DNA from: Dendrobates tinctorius
Lineage: Eukaryota
Assembly (NCBI RefSeq): GCF_039654945.1
Contig: NW_027361679.1
Coordinates: 22,072,001 to 22,136,000, forward strand
DNA length: 64,000 nucleotides
Direction: 5' to 3'
The translations under genes were made by a program, and so were the position numbers. This document shows positions 50,478 to 63,739 of this stretch, piece after piece (position 1 is the first letter of the stretch; each line of letters starts with the position of its first letter). The notes beneath the pieces were generated by a model. It was not told where the DNA came from and did not search any database. It saw only the letters and a program-made list of their open reading frames with translations.

Positions 50478-51305
50478 GTAGGGCACAAATTATCTATGTG
50501 TGTATATTCCCTTCTATCCCCATGTAGAAGAAGATGATAAAAGTGAGCTAACTAAAATTTCATTGCATCACTGTTACTGATAATGTCTATAAACAAATAT
50601 GCTAAGAAGATGTAGATGTGTCTCCTCGCTCCTCACAGTGATTCTTTGTGGCATCACTACTGATATCACAAGGTTCACTTGCAGCTGTCCAGATAGTAAT
50701 ACAATGCTCATTGAAACTCAACTTATTATGCTCAATGTGAGCAAATCTGATTACTTCAGTTCTTTTTCACGGTACAATATCGAGCTGTCAGAGTGACAGC
50801 CTGATCCTGGTGATGGCACTTGAAGCAAGAACAAGCAAGAAGATAATAGTAATCCAGTTCATTAAAAGTACTTTCTGATCAGTAAGGGGTTTACTGCCAA
50901 GATGTCAATTGATCCATGGATGTTCATGAAACATGGTCCAAGCGCGAAACATCATGTATGACAGGTCTATCGACTCAAACTCAACAACCTCATATGTACC
51001 GTTTTTCAAAGATGTCTACCTTCACATGTCTGCTGAAGTTATTGAACCAGTCATATCTGCAAAGTGTGGATGTGACTGGCTTCTCGTGCAGCTCCATGTA
51101 TCAGTCCGCACAATGGACAAGCACAGAAGCTGTCTGAACTAAATTCTACCAGACTACCGCTTGGTGCAATTTGTTTCACATGAACCTTAGGTCCACTACT
51201 TTAGCACACTGTCCAAAGAAGACAGTGTGCACTAGCACATAGGCTAATATTGAGTCCTTCGGCATGTTTGTTCTCAACATGGACTGCACACAGACTGAAA
51301 ATATG

Positions 51306-52064
51306 TGTCATCAGTTCCTGTCTCACTGCCACCGCCGCAGCCGCCTCCAGCTCCTGCCTCTCTGCTGCTGCCTGCATCCATCGGGCTGCCTCCCCCGAGC
51401 CCTCTGTACTCACCAGCTCTCGGCGTCCCGGCGCACTGAGTTCAGTGGCACACACACACCCTGTTGCTAGGCATCCACGCCTGTCAGCCCAGCCACTTCC
51501 CAGCCTGCTCCTTGGCTTGGAGGTTCCTGACCCGGAAGTCCTCTGCTCACTCTGCTTATCAGGCTGCCTCTTCCTCCGGGCTGTGCCTGACCATCATTTG
51601 TGCATTACAAGTGATTCTGGCCCCACGTCCTCTCTCGCTCCTTGCCTTCTCTATTGCTAGCCCTGTCACCTTATCTGTGCCCTCACGCCCTCCGTGTGCT
51701 TTCTCCTAGTGCCTGCTCTCCAGTGTATCCTGCCCATGTTCCCATACCTGTGTTCCAGCCATGTCTTCCTGACAGTGATGACCATCTTTCCGTGTTCCTG
51801 TGTCCCAGCCGTGTCTCCCTGCCAGTGTCTCCACCCTCTCCGTGTTCCCGTGTCCCAGCTCTGTCTGTCTGCCACCAGTCAGCCTTGTCCTTCGCTGAGG
51901 TCTCTTGTTTTGTCCCTGGGTACCAGCTGCCGTGGTGATAGTCTCTCTCGGGCCTGCCCCTAACTCTCCCTGTATAGGGGGCGGTCCACCTGGTTTGCTC
52001 ACCTGGGGGAGGTTCGTTATCACGGTCCAGTGGGTCCACCCTTGGAGGTCCACTCATCCTCACA
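51306..52064. mobile_element. Solo LTR (Gypsy-like)
   Basis: TGTCA...TCACA termini; perfect 5-bp TSD ATATG. Confidence 0.8.
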
Positions 52065-52763
52065 ATATGTAAGTGTGAATATCTCCTAAAGAGTCACAAA
52101 GCTTAAATGGATTGTGTAATCAGAAATGGCCTGTTCAAATGAAGTTTGCTTGTTAAATATATATTTTTTTGAAATTTTTGGCATTTTTTTCCATGTCACA
52201 ATAATAAAAATTAGAAATATTTGAATTTTCACATTGGCCAAAGAGGCAATTTTAGACTTTAACTGACTTTATGTAAGGCAATCCACTTGTACATTGGCAG
52301 CAATAGATTGCCACAGATCCTATTTTTTATGTTGAAGCTTTCGAGGAAAATGTGCAAAGACTATTGTGAATGGAGGAGGAGCAGTGGGAACTATAAGTTT
52401 GCATATAGAGAATGGTGGATATGGTATTGGCATCATTTTTGCTTACTTTTGATTGAATACCAAATGCAGACATATCCGGGGGGGGGGGGGTAAATGGATC
52501 AAGACTGTGAATCAGTATAAAGCAGGAGATGTCCATATGTATAAAGTATCCACTAATTCATCCAAACAGGGGAAAATAATTACTCCAGGGAAGCCCTATG
52601 GATATTTAAACTTGATACAATGGGGAGGAACGTAAAATCAGTTTCAATGTATATCTATTGATCCCTTTTAAGCATTATAAAACACATTACAGATCAATGC
52701 TATGACTAAGAACACTTTTGTTTGAAACACACAGGCCAATTCCTGAGAAACTTTTCTACTCTG

Positions 52764-54886
52764 TAGTGATGGGCCGACCCTTGGATGTTCAGATCTAGTG
52801 GGTTCAGTCAAATAGTTAAAAAAAAGTTCAGGTTCAGGTACCAGAACAGTACCGGGACCTGAACCCGGACCTCGCTCACTTGAATGTAGGGTCTGAACAT
52901 CCAGTGTTTATCATGCTGTCATGTGTATGACAGCATGGCAAACACTGCTTCTGATTGATAGTAAAATCGTTACCACTGGTCAAACAGCTACAATTCCCAC
53001 ACTGTCAAATGACAGTGTGAACCAGCAGCTCTGATCAGAGGTATAATACTCTATAATACTAATAACTGCGAGAGCAGGCAAGACTGATGAGGGTATTCAT
53101 CGGCCGTGCCTGTACTTCAAATAAATAATTTTTAAAAACTGGGTTGATTCCCCTGTATTTTTGCTAAACAGCCAGGCAAAACTGACAGCTAGGGGATGCA
53201 ACCCTCAGCAGTCAGCATTAGAAAGGCTTGTTGTCAAGAATAGAGGGGTCCTCATGATGTTATTTTAAATATTTAAATAAATAATTTAAAAAAGGCATAG
53301 GGAATCCCATTCTTTACAACCAGCCTTGCTAAAGCAGACAGCTGGGGGGCTGGTATTCTCAGCCTGGTAAAGGGCATTGAATGTTACCCACCAAGCCTAA
53401 AAATAGCAGCCTACAGTCTCCCAGAAAAGGCATATCCAATAGATAAACCAATTCTGGTGCTTTGATTAGCTCTTCCCACTTGCACTGTAGCAATGGAAAG
53501 TGGGGTTCATATTTGTGAGGTTGATGTATTGTCTGGTGATATCAAGCCCACGGCTTAGCAATGGAGAGGTGCCTATAAGACACCTATCCATTACTAATCA
53601 TATAGTTGTATTTAGTGATGAGCGAGTATACTCGCTGCTTGGGTTTTCCCGAGCATGCTCGGGCGACCACCGAGTATTTTGGCGTGCTCGGAGATTCAGT
53701 TTTCATCACTTCAGCTGCATGATTTGCAGCTGCTGGACAGCCTGAATACATTTGGAAATTCCCAATTCATGCAGCTGTGTTGACAGAAACTAAATCTCCG
53801 GCTTGCCAAAATACTTAGATGTCACCTGAGCATGCTTGAGAAAATCTGAGCAACGAGTATACTCACTCATCACTAGTTGTATTGTAAATAAAGACACAGC
53901 AAGAATAAAGTATTTTATTTTTTTTTTTATTTAAAAAATAACAGTTATATTCACCTAACTCTCATTCCATTGAATCCCTCCTTTCCTGTTGTAAAACAAA
54001 AATAAAAAACAACAATATCCCTCACCTGTCTGTTGTTCTGTCCCATGGCGTAATCAATGTATGGGGATTTATAATTTTCAACCTGGATGGTCTCATCTTG
54101 GCACCACTGAACCAGTGATTAATAAGCTGCTGAGAGCGCAGCATCAGTGAGCAGCAGAAACCTCATCGAGGTTACTCATCAAGGTTACTGCAAGTTACTG
54201 AGGCTGCATTCCATGCCAGGTCAATGAACTGCGGTTCACTGGGAGAATTTCACTGCAGCAAATTTGAGCTATGATGAATTCGACCCTGCACCATGAGACT
54301 TTTTCTCACTAGTAGTGATCTCACCTGAGGGAGGTCACCGCAGTTCATTGGCCAGGCTGGGAACACAGTATCCATGGTCCCTTACCAGACTGAGAATACC
54401 AGCTCCCAGCTGCCTGTTTTAGCAAGACTTATTGAGTTTGGCCTGGCTGGTTATCAAAAATACATGGGAACCCAAGCCAGTTTTTTAAAATTATTTATTT
54501 AGAACGCTGATGCCGGCTGATGAATACTCTTATCAGCCGTAGCTGTAGCCTTATCAGCATAGGCTGATGGGAGTAGTAGTCCCATCAGCTGATGCCAGTG
54601 ACCAGAGGTAAACTTTATACCTCCAATCACAGCTGTGGATTCACGATTTAATTTGACAGAATGGAAACAGCATCTGTCTGACTGGCAGTAATGATTTTAC
54701 CGACAATCAGAAGCATTTGTTTGCCACATTGACATGCATATGAGAGTGCGACAAACTAGGAGGTTGGGGGCCGAACCCAAACTGTAACCTGAAGTTCCTG
54801 GTCAAGCCCACATTTGGTGTCTATGCCCGAACAGTAGGAGTTCGGAATGGATGCCAAATTTTACTGTTTGGGTTCACTCATTTCTA
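52764..54886. mobile_element. hAT-derived non-autonomous element with long inverted arms
   Basis: TAGTGATGGGCCGACCC ... GGGTTCACTCATTTCTA; 52900-53350 is inverted relative to 54380-54780; TSD not evident. Confidence 0.6.
53613..53875. mobile_element. hAT-type MITE (nested)
   Basis: TAGTGATGAGCGAGTATACTCG ... CTCATCACTA; perfect 8-bp TSD GTTGTATT. Confidence 0.9.
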
Positions 54887-57437
54887 TTAGTTTGTTTTTA
54901 AAATGATCCAATAAATTACTATTTTTAATTTATTTTCCATTGTTTGGATGTGTTGCTAGATAGCCTAAACATAAGGAAATCTTATCAGTAGAATATAGAG
55001 GTATTACCTGTCTTTCTAATTCAGCTTCTGATGATAAGGGGCTTGCTGAAAACTATTCTGGAAAGGACTGGAAGTTTCAGTGTAACACAGCACTAGTGGC
55101 TATTGTAAAAATTGAAAGAATTTTTTATTCTACTAAAATTTTTTTTATAAAAAACACATAGCCCAAAAAAATACATGTAATGCAAAAATCTGATTTAGAC
55201 AATACAGTATGTCATTTTATGATGGCACATTTCCTACATCAGTAAGTTTCACATATTTTTTTCTACACAGGAATGTTTCTGTCCATGATTGCATATGGAA
55301 ATACTCAGATACTTAAGCAACATGACACTTCTATTCCTTGGACTGTTGATTGCCGCAACAGTTATGTTGTCATTGGTCAATTTCATACTAAACAGGCTGA
55401 AAAGAATGTCCATGTAGAGGGAAAAAGCAAAATATGCATGTCCAAACAAAATCGGAATCGACAACGGATTAGATTAATTAACATTTATAACAGTAGAAAT
55501 AAGGGGCCGGCTCACAAGACGTTGCAATGTGGAGGAAAATGGAGAGGTGCACAAAAGTGCTAGGTTTGTATGCTCCAGCTATATTTCATAATGTATACAA
55601 GCTGGATATACCAGTCACCAGACTATATGCGTTTATTCACAGATACATCTTAATTGGGGAGTTTGCTGTTAAAAAGGGGAGCTGGTTATGAGAAATAATG
55701 AAAAAGGTGAAAGGTCAACATAAAAAGAACTGAGTATTGAAGTTGATCACTATTGAACACAACTTGACTTCCCCTTACTTGCTAGGGTTTGCACCACAAA
55801 ATTAAAAGTTGAATACTTTTTTCTGAGGTCAGCACTATTCCTGCGATCTCTGTGCTATGTCTCCAGGCAGTCATCAGCGGCAGAGCGATCACTTGACTAT
55901 TATGTGACCGCTGCAGCAAATCAGCTGCTGCTGATAGACTGCAATCTGCACTATTCCATCAAAGTGACTTCCATCTAGTTCACTGGCTGACACAGCAATG
56001 TTTCAATTGGAATGTAAAGCACATTGCAGCATTAGGAATAGTTTGGAGAGGATAAGGCTAATTAGCAGAGAATTACAGTATTCAAAGATGTTCAATTGTC
56101 ACCACTTAGTACATAGATGTTTGACTAACATTTCCCTTTACATCCACTAACATCTCACAAGAAGCACAGAAGTTCAATTTCTGAACATTACTATAAAAGC
56201 ATGCTATTGTATTTGCTATACTAAGTGAGTCTACTAAGTGCTTTTGCATGAGTTCCAGTTGACTTGAAGGAAAGTTAGAATTAAGCAGGCTGCTGTTTCA
56301 TAAAGCAATACCATTTAAATGCTGTGTCCTTTTACTTTATCTATTTTGCTGAATGAATGTAAAATAGAAATAGTCAACAATTTTGCAAACAGCCTCAGTT
56401 TAAATAGCCTATCATTTTGTGTTTACAGCCTTTGTGCAGAACTATCCATGCAACGTCTCCATGTTTACAGACTATAAACAAACTACAGTATGTCATTTTT
56501 TATTCATATATTCCATTCCTTGGTATCTAACTGATATACCTCAGATGAAAATCCTAAGTTGCATTTTCTCACACAAGTAACTTTTTTTTTTCATCTATGT
56601 AGGTGCTGGAGGGTGTAGGTGTGTAGGCATACAGCGTAGAGCAGGCGTGTAAAATAGAGATGAGCAAACGTGCCCGGTGATACTCAGCTATCACTTGAAT
56701 ATCACGATGTTTGGATGTACTCGTCACTCCGCGTTGTGCTCTGTGTAAAGCTCAAATCCCCGACCCGCATGTTTGGCGCCTATAAGCATGCGAGGATTAC
56801 CAACTCATCACTGTAATACCGTAGCCATCTTGGTTGTGGCATTACTCTGATTGGCTGGCTGTGTTACATCATCAAGGCTTATAAAGGAACAGGTGCAGCC
56901 CAGCTTGGCACACTGACGCCATTGCACAGCTCTGTGACACTTCGTATTGGAGGGAGAGAGTGGTTGTCCAGGCCTGTGTGTGCACAGTATAACGAGTCAG
57001 AGGCCTGTAGTGTTGATACTGGTGCTGAAGCATCATACTAACAGCTCCTAATAAAAAAACTAATATAAAACTAATATACTTTATTAACTGTTATAAAACC
57101 ACAATACATCAAAAAGAAGAACCAAGCAACTTAGTGCTGATCAGAATACCTCCAAAACAATAAACATATTGGAGAAAAAGCAGGATAGGGGAAACAGTAA
57201 CCTACGTGTCCCTAATAGGCCCTGTACTGACCCCTACCTGACAGCGGAGGTTGGCACCCTCTTGAAACGCAAATGGCACCCCCGCTCCACGTTGGCTGTC
57301 CCTACTCACCCTGTTTTGTGCTATTTCTCAGGATGAGTACAAAATAATCAAACAAACAATACTACCAGGTCAGTTTAAAGAGTCCAAAATGTGTAGTATA
57401 ATATCAATAAACCTCAATTATCACAAACCACCAAAGC

Positions 57438-57442
<5 letters not shown>

Positions 57443-57490
<48 letters not shown>
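57443..57490 (+). repeat. (TA)n microsatellite
   Basis: Direct reading. Confidence 0.95.
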
Positions 57491-57492
<2 letters not shown>

Positions 57493-58939
57493 TATAGAGT
57501 GTAAAACCAGTAGCCGAACAAAAATATTTACTTATTGACAAGAAGAGGAGGAGGGAAATGTCCTAACTAGATTCCCTATTTATAGCAGTCTCGACCTGCC
57601 AGCGGAGCTTTTTCGCCCTAATTTGTACTGGTGCCCCCGCTCCGCGTCGACTGTCCCTTAATATCCCTAATAACTCCCTTCTATATAGATTATTCACATC
57701 GGGAGAAGGAACAGGGACACTAAAACATATGGGGATTAAAAATGGACTGCTGACCACTATCCTAAATTTCAAGGCAAATCCTTGAGGGCTATCACATGTA
57801 TGTATATCGAGGCTCTAGAATTTTTATACTGCTCCGGCCATTTTTGACCAGACCTATTAAAATGCTGTTTTAGCTACTTAAAAAATTTTTTTTGAATACC
57901 TGTTGCATTATTATACTGTATGTAAACATGGTTGGTCATTATAAAAAAAATACGTAAAAAAACTCAATTTTTTTATTTATTTTGTGTTTATAAAGGTTAC
58001 AAGGACTTATTGAATTCTGCACAGAAATTACAAATTTGAGCTTAACTAACTAAAACAACTACTACTACTATAAAAAATATAACTAACTATAACTATAACT
58101 AAAAGTAACTATAGTATAAAATGCGTGCAAACTTTTTGAAAAAAATAGTAAAATAAAAAAATTAAAAAAACAACTGACAACTGAATTTATTTATTTTTAG
58201 AGGAAAAGCAGGGTAAATAACATACAGAGAAAAAAAATTGCACAGAACTGTACTGAAAGCCAATGCGTATGGTTTGTACTGAAAGCATGTGTAAATCTGC
58301 ACCTAAAGCAACTGTTTACTTCATAAATAGTAGATGCAATAAGTAGTCTCAAAAGAAATTATGACTCATTTGTTTTACTCAAAAAATGGCTGAAATTAGC
58401 ATAAAATGCTATTCGGTCATTTTTGACCGGAACAGTACAAGTGTAAAAAAAAATGTGGGGCAAAAACTAAACCAAAAAAAAAAAAAGTACCCTTAGAAAG
58501 AACCCTTCAAATTAGGAAAATAGAAGTAGCCACAAGTTTCAGAACCGCATAATTAATTTTTTAAAAAATACCAAAGTTCAAAAATGGTCATTTTTGACCG
58601 AACAGAACAGCAGGGTTAAGCTTGCAATCTGTGCAGCTTTTTTGTGGATGGCATGGTTGAGGTTGCCCATGTTGAGTCCAATTAAGCTGCAGGCTCCACT
58701 CCTGGTGGTGCCCTTCTGGATATTCCTTTAAGGTTCAGCTTTGCAACCATACTGCCCCTGGAAACCAAACACTTTTCCTGACAGTGAAATTCTGGTCAAA
58801 GAGCGCGATGACATCACGCCTGTACGCCCTCTGCCTAAACAGTCCAAGTGCAGAGAGATGGAAGATGGGGACGACGAGGAGACTTATTTAATTGTTTTAA
58901 AGGTTGGGAGCAAATTTTGGGAAGCACGATACTCTGGAG

Positions 58940-59260
58940 AATGATATCTGGGGCCCACCATACACTGGCGCATTCCAAAGGTGGACATCAGTCACTGGAG
59001 CAGCATTTACAGGGCCCATTATACACTGGAGCATTAGAAATGGGGCCCATTGTATATGGAGCATTATTTGGGCCCATAAGACACGGGAGCTTCATCCATG
59101 GTGAACAACATATACTGTAGCATTATGTAAAGCTCATCATATACTGTATGGAACATTATATGGGACCAATGATTCTGTATGGAGAAATATATGGGCCTCA
59201 TTACTCTGTATAGCGCACTATGCGGTGGCCATAATACTGTATGGAGGAATATACTGTCTG
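58940..59260 (+). repeat. ~30-bp degenerate minisatellite
   Basis: GGGGCCCATTATACTGTATGGAGCATTATAT-like units. Confidence 0.75.
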
Positions 59261-61629
59261 TTTTTGGAGCTATTGGAGAATTTAAAATGGATATCAGTCA
59301 TGTGATGTAAAAATTGAAGTATTTTTCATTGTACTGTACCGCTATTTCTCTGCCGTACCAAAAGATCATGAATTGTGTCATGTGTTAAAGGAGCCCAGTG
59401 ACACTCTTTGGCCCTGGGCCCACGAAAATCTGGAGCCAGCACTACCCCCCCACAACTTTAGCCAAATAACCCCCAGTTTTCAATGCCTAACTATTATAAA
59501 ATAAATTAAGGTTGACAAGCTTAAGGAATAAGAATTGATGTTTTTGGCATTAGAATAGGCACTCTCGGTGTGTTTCATGTCCTCCACTCACTGCCGACTT
59601 TTCTTCCCCATTGACTTACATTGGGTTTCGTGTTTCAGTCAGCCTTCGACTTTTCACGATAATCGGCCGATTTCGTTCGACCCGACTTTTGCGAAAGTAA
59701 GGTTTTGTGAAATCCGACTCAACCCGAAAAAAGGCAAAGTCGCTCATCTCCACTGTTAAGCACTAAGCTGCTTAGTTCTTCTTTTTGATGTATTGTGGTT
59801 TTATAACAGTTAATAAAGTGTATATTAGTTTTAAACTAGTTTTTTGATTAGGAGCTGTTGCACAACTAATTTTCTGTGAATTGATTTTTGATGAGTTTCC
59901 ATCATACTAACAGCCCTTCTAAGGGATAATCATTTGCGTTGCTGTTATATCACATACAAATCTGCATTTAGTCTAGGGAGGGAGAGAGAGTCGCAAGAGC
60001 AGGGAGAGTGCCAGTATCCAGTCTGTAGACAGGGATTAGGGTTGAGTAGTCCTTTGGCAAATATACAGCTGCAGATTTTTTTTTTTTTGGGGGGGGCTGA
60101 AAAAATTCAGTATACTTTGATCCATCGAGTACAATGAGATTTGTGTTACTTTTTTGTGTTATATAACACTCCAAAAAAACTTTACATTTCCCTGGATTAA
60201 ACTTTTTACTCATACACTGTTCTGTCTTATGGATTTTTTTTGTATATATAACACTCCAAAATAGAGTTTTTAAAAATTTGGCAGTCTTACATTTCTCAGC
60301 CATACATTTTCACATGTTCTGTAGTACAATTATGTGATATCTAACACTCCAACAAAGCATTAGAAAAAAACTGGATTACATTTCTCACTCATACACTAGT
60401 CTATCGTCTAGGGTCAATTTCTGTGATATTATCGAACACTAAAAAAGTGTTAAAAAATTGGCTGGATTACATTTCTCATTCATATATTATTCCATAGTCT
60501 GGAGTACATTTCCTTTGATCTATAAAACTGAAAAAAAAGAGTTTAAAAATGCTGTAGGGATACATTTCTCAGCCATACAATATTACGTGGTCTTGGGTAA
60601 ATTTCTGTGATTTCTAACACTCCAAAAAAGTGTTAACATTTTTTACTGTATTCAATTAGTCAACCATACAATGTAACATGCTTAATGGGCGACAAAGATT
60701 GCAGAAGCATGTGAAACTCCCAAGGGAGTTACCGGAGGAATATTTGAGCCAAAGGAAGCTGGTGCAACAGCAGAGGTGGTAAGAGCATGTATCATGCAGA
60801 CTGCAGACGGGAGACCCATGATTCAGGAACTGGTGAGCGGACTGCGGGGTCTAGGCTGGTCGGAAGAGACAAGGAGGTCTCGACAAATGCTATTGGGCCC
60901 TCTAGCCGTAAGGTACCAAGAGTTGGCATGCTGATGGGTGGTAATTACTTACAGACATCAGTAGAGAAGCGGTCCATTAAAGAGTTTTGGATCCGTCATC
61001 ATGTCTTGTTCAACCATCAGGCAGTAGAGATGGAACACTTGCTTTGAAGGCTGCAAGAGCTGATGGCTGGAACTAGGTTCACAATCCTTAAAATGAAGAG
61101 CCAACATTGCTGCTATGCAGTGGGTGTGATCCCAGAAAGAAAGGAGCATGATGAACTCTCCTTGAGGAAATAAGAGGCCTGTGAGAGGTTTTTTGAATGG
61201 CATGAAACAGGGGTTCTACCACTGTCCTTGGGGTTCCCAACCTCCTATGCTTGAGAAGCTGATGGTGCAGGTGACACAGGGGGCTATCGCCCATTTCTAT
61301 ATGTCTGGGGCTCCGGCACTACCTGAAGTCGGGTAATCTATAGCCCAGGCACCTAGGAATAAGGCTCCAGGAAGCAGGAGGAGGCAGTCCCCTCAACCTC
61401 AAGAGAAAGGAAAGGACAAAGTGGACAACTGAAGAGGATAACTGTATTACCCTGCTAATAATTTTTTCCTGGCTTTGTAATTTGTGCAAAGCTTTTATGG
61501 GTGTAGGAGTAGAGCAAGTACACTTTTAAAAAATTTGAATGAGGCTCACCTGTTGTTGCCTTTCAGGAGTCTATGGATGAACCTCCTCATAATCTTTGCC
61601 TTTCTGCAAAGCCTTTATGACTGTATTAA

Positions 61630-63501
61630 CCCCTTCATCACCCAGCCTATTTTGACCTTAATGACCTGGCCATTTTTTGCAATTCTGACCAGAGTCCTTT
61701 TATGAGGTAATAACTCAGGAACACTTCAACGTATCCTAGCGATTCCGAGATTGTTTTTTCGTGACATATTGGGCTTCATGCTAGTGGCAAATTTAGGTCG
61801 ATCATTTTTGCATTTATTTGTGAAAAAAGTGGAAAATTTTGAAAATTTTGCAATTTTCAAATTTTGAATTTTTATTCTGTTAAACCAGAGAGTTCTCTGA
61901 CACAAAATAGTTAATAAATAACATTTCCCACATGTCTGCTTTACATCAGCACAATTTTGGAAACATTTTTGTTAGGAAGTTGTAAGGGTTAAAAGTTGAC
62001 CAGTGATTTCTCATTTTTACAACAACATTTACAAAACCATTTTTTTAGGGACCACCTCACATTTGAAGTCACTTTGAGGGGTCTATATGGCAGAAAATAC
62101 CCAAAAGTGACATCATTCTAAAAACTGCACCCCTCAAGCTACTCAAAACTACATTCAAGAAGATTATTAACCCTTCAGGTGCTTCACAGGAACTAAAGCA
62201 ACTTGGAGGGAAAAAATGGACATTTTAATTTTTCCAACAAAAATTTTCTTTTAGCATCAATTTTTTCATTTTCACATGGGTAATAGGATAAAATGGATCC
62301 TAAATTTTGTTGGGCAATTTCTTCTGAGTACACCGATACCTCATATGTGGTCATAAACCACTGTTTGGGCGCACGGCAGGGCTCAGAAGAGAAGGAGTGC
62401 GATTTGACTTTTTGAATGGAAAATATGCTTGAATATTTAGCGGTTGCCATGTCGCGTTTGGAGAGCCCCTGTGTGCCTAAACATTGGAGCTCCCCCACAA
62501 GTGACTCCATTTTGGAAACAAGACTCTCCAAGGAACTTATTTAGATGCATAGTGAGCACTTTGAACCCCCAGGTGCTTCACAAATTGATCCGTAAAAAAA
62601 AAAGTACTTTTTTTCACATAAATTTTATTTAGCCTCAGTGTTTTCATTTTCACATGGGCAACAGGTTAAAATGGATCCTAAAATTTATTGGGCAATTTCT
62701 CCTGAGCACACCAATACCTCATATGTGGTCATAAACCACTGTTTGGGTGCACAGCAGGGCCCGGAAGGGAAGGAGCGCCATTTGACTTTTTGATTGGAAA
62801 ATTAGCTCCAATCGTTAGCGGATGCCATGTTGCATTTGGAGAGCCCCTGTGTGCCTAAACATTGGAACTCCCCCACAAGTGACCCCATTTTGGAAATTAG
62901 ACCCCCAAAGGAACTTATCTAGATATGTGGTGAGCACTTTAAACCCCCAAGTGCTTCACAGAAGTTTATAACGCAGAGCAGTGAAAATAAAAAATCATTT
63001 TTTTGCTCAAAAATGATTTTTTAGCCCACTATTTTATATTTTCACAATGGTAACAGGATAAATTGGACCCCAAAAGTTGTTGTCCAGTTTGTCCTGAGTA
63101 TGCCACTGTTTGGGCGCATGGCAGGGCTCAGAAGGGAAGGAGCATCATTTGACTTTTTGAATGGAAAATTAGCTCCAATCGTTAGCGCACACCATTTTGT
63201 GTTTGGAGAGCCCCTGTGTGCCTAAACTTTGGAGCTCCCCAACAAACGACCCCAATTTTGGAAACTAGACCCCCTAAGGAACTTATCTAGATGCATAGTG
63301 AGCACTTTGAACCCCCAGGTGCTTCACAGAAGTTTATAATGCAGAGCTGTGAAAATAAAAATATTTTTTTTTCTCAAAAAATGATTTTTAGCCCCAAATT
63401 TTTTATTTTCACAAGGGTAACAGGATAAATAAGTTTTACTAAATGGGTCATTTTGGCACGACTTTTCATGACGCTATGTGGCTTCAAAGGTCGGGAAGGG
63501 G
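61630..63501 (+). mobile_element. piggyBac-like non-autonomous element with internal ~370-bp tandem repeats
   Basis: TTAA|CCCCTTC ... GAAGGGG|TTAA; three copies of GGAGAGCCCCTGTGTGCCTAAAC (62461, ~62838, ~63204). Confidence 0.8.
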
Positions 63502-63739
63502 TTAAGTACATCATCTACACTTTCAAAATATTTTCATTCAAAATTTTTTTATAGATTCAATAACTCATCTATGCAGTTTATTACAGTTATTGTTGAATAG
63601 TGGTGGTATGTAAAACTTACAAAAAGAGTAGAAAAATATTTCTGGATTAGATTACTCATCCATAGAGTATTATGTTGTTTCTGTCAGATTATTGGTGGTA
63701 TACAACACTACCAAAAAGCAGGGATAACAAACACTTTAA

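Larger units (their letters stand above)
57046..59899. mobile_element. Penelope-like insertion with inverted termini and composite interior
   Basis: Perfect 15-bp TSD CATCATACTAACAGC (57031-57045, 59900-59914); inverted arms 57040-57138 vs 59759-59860; ~40-bp tail. Confidence 0.6.
56655..60700 (+). mobile_element. hAT-derived element (left part) interrupted at 57045
   Basis: TAGAGATGAGCAAACG terminus; sequence resumes after the duplicated CATCATACTAACAGC; ~90-bp tandem repeats at 60140-60670; right end not defined. Confidence 0.45.

Noticed and set aside
50599-51190. Short ORFs as possible host exons
   Set aside because: There is no recognisable protein or splice pattern; the faint resemblance to a decayed Tc1 transposase N-terminus is too weak to call.
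51201-52063. Cluster of overlapping GC-rich ORFs
   Set aside because: They lie within or overlap a solo LTR with a TSD, and the low-complexity composition explains the lack of stops.
58741-58944. Acidic ORF (EMEDGDDEET)
   Set aside because: It is short, sits inside a composite TE insertion, has no supportable homology, and may be a hAT transposase remnant.
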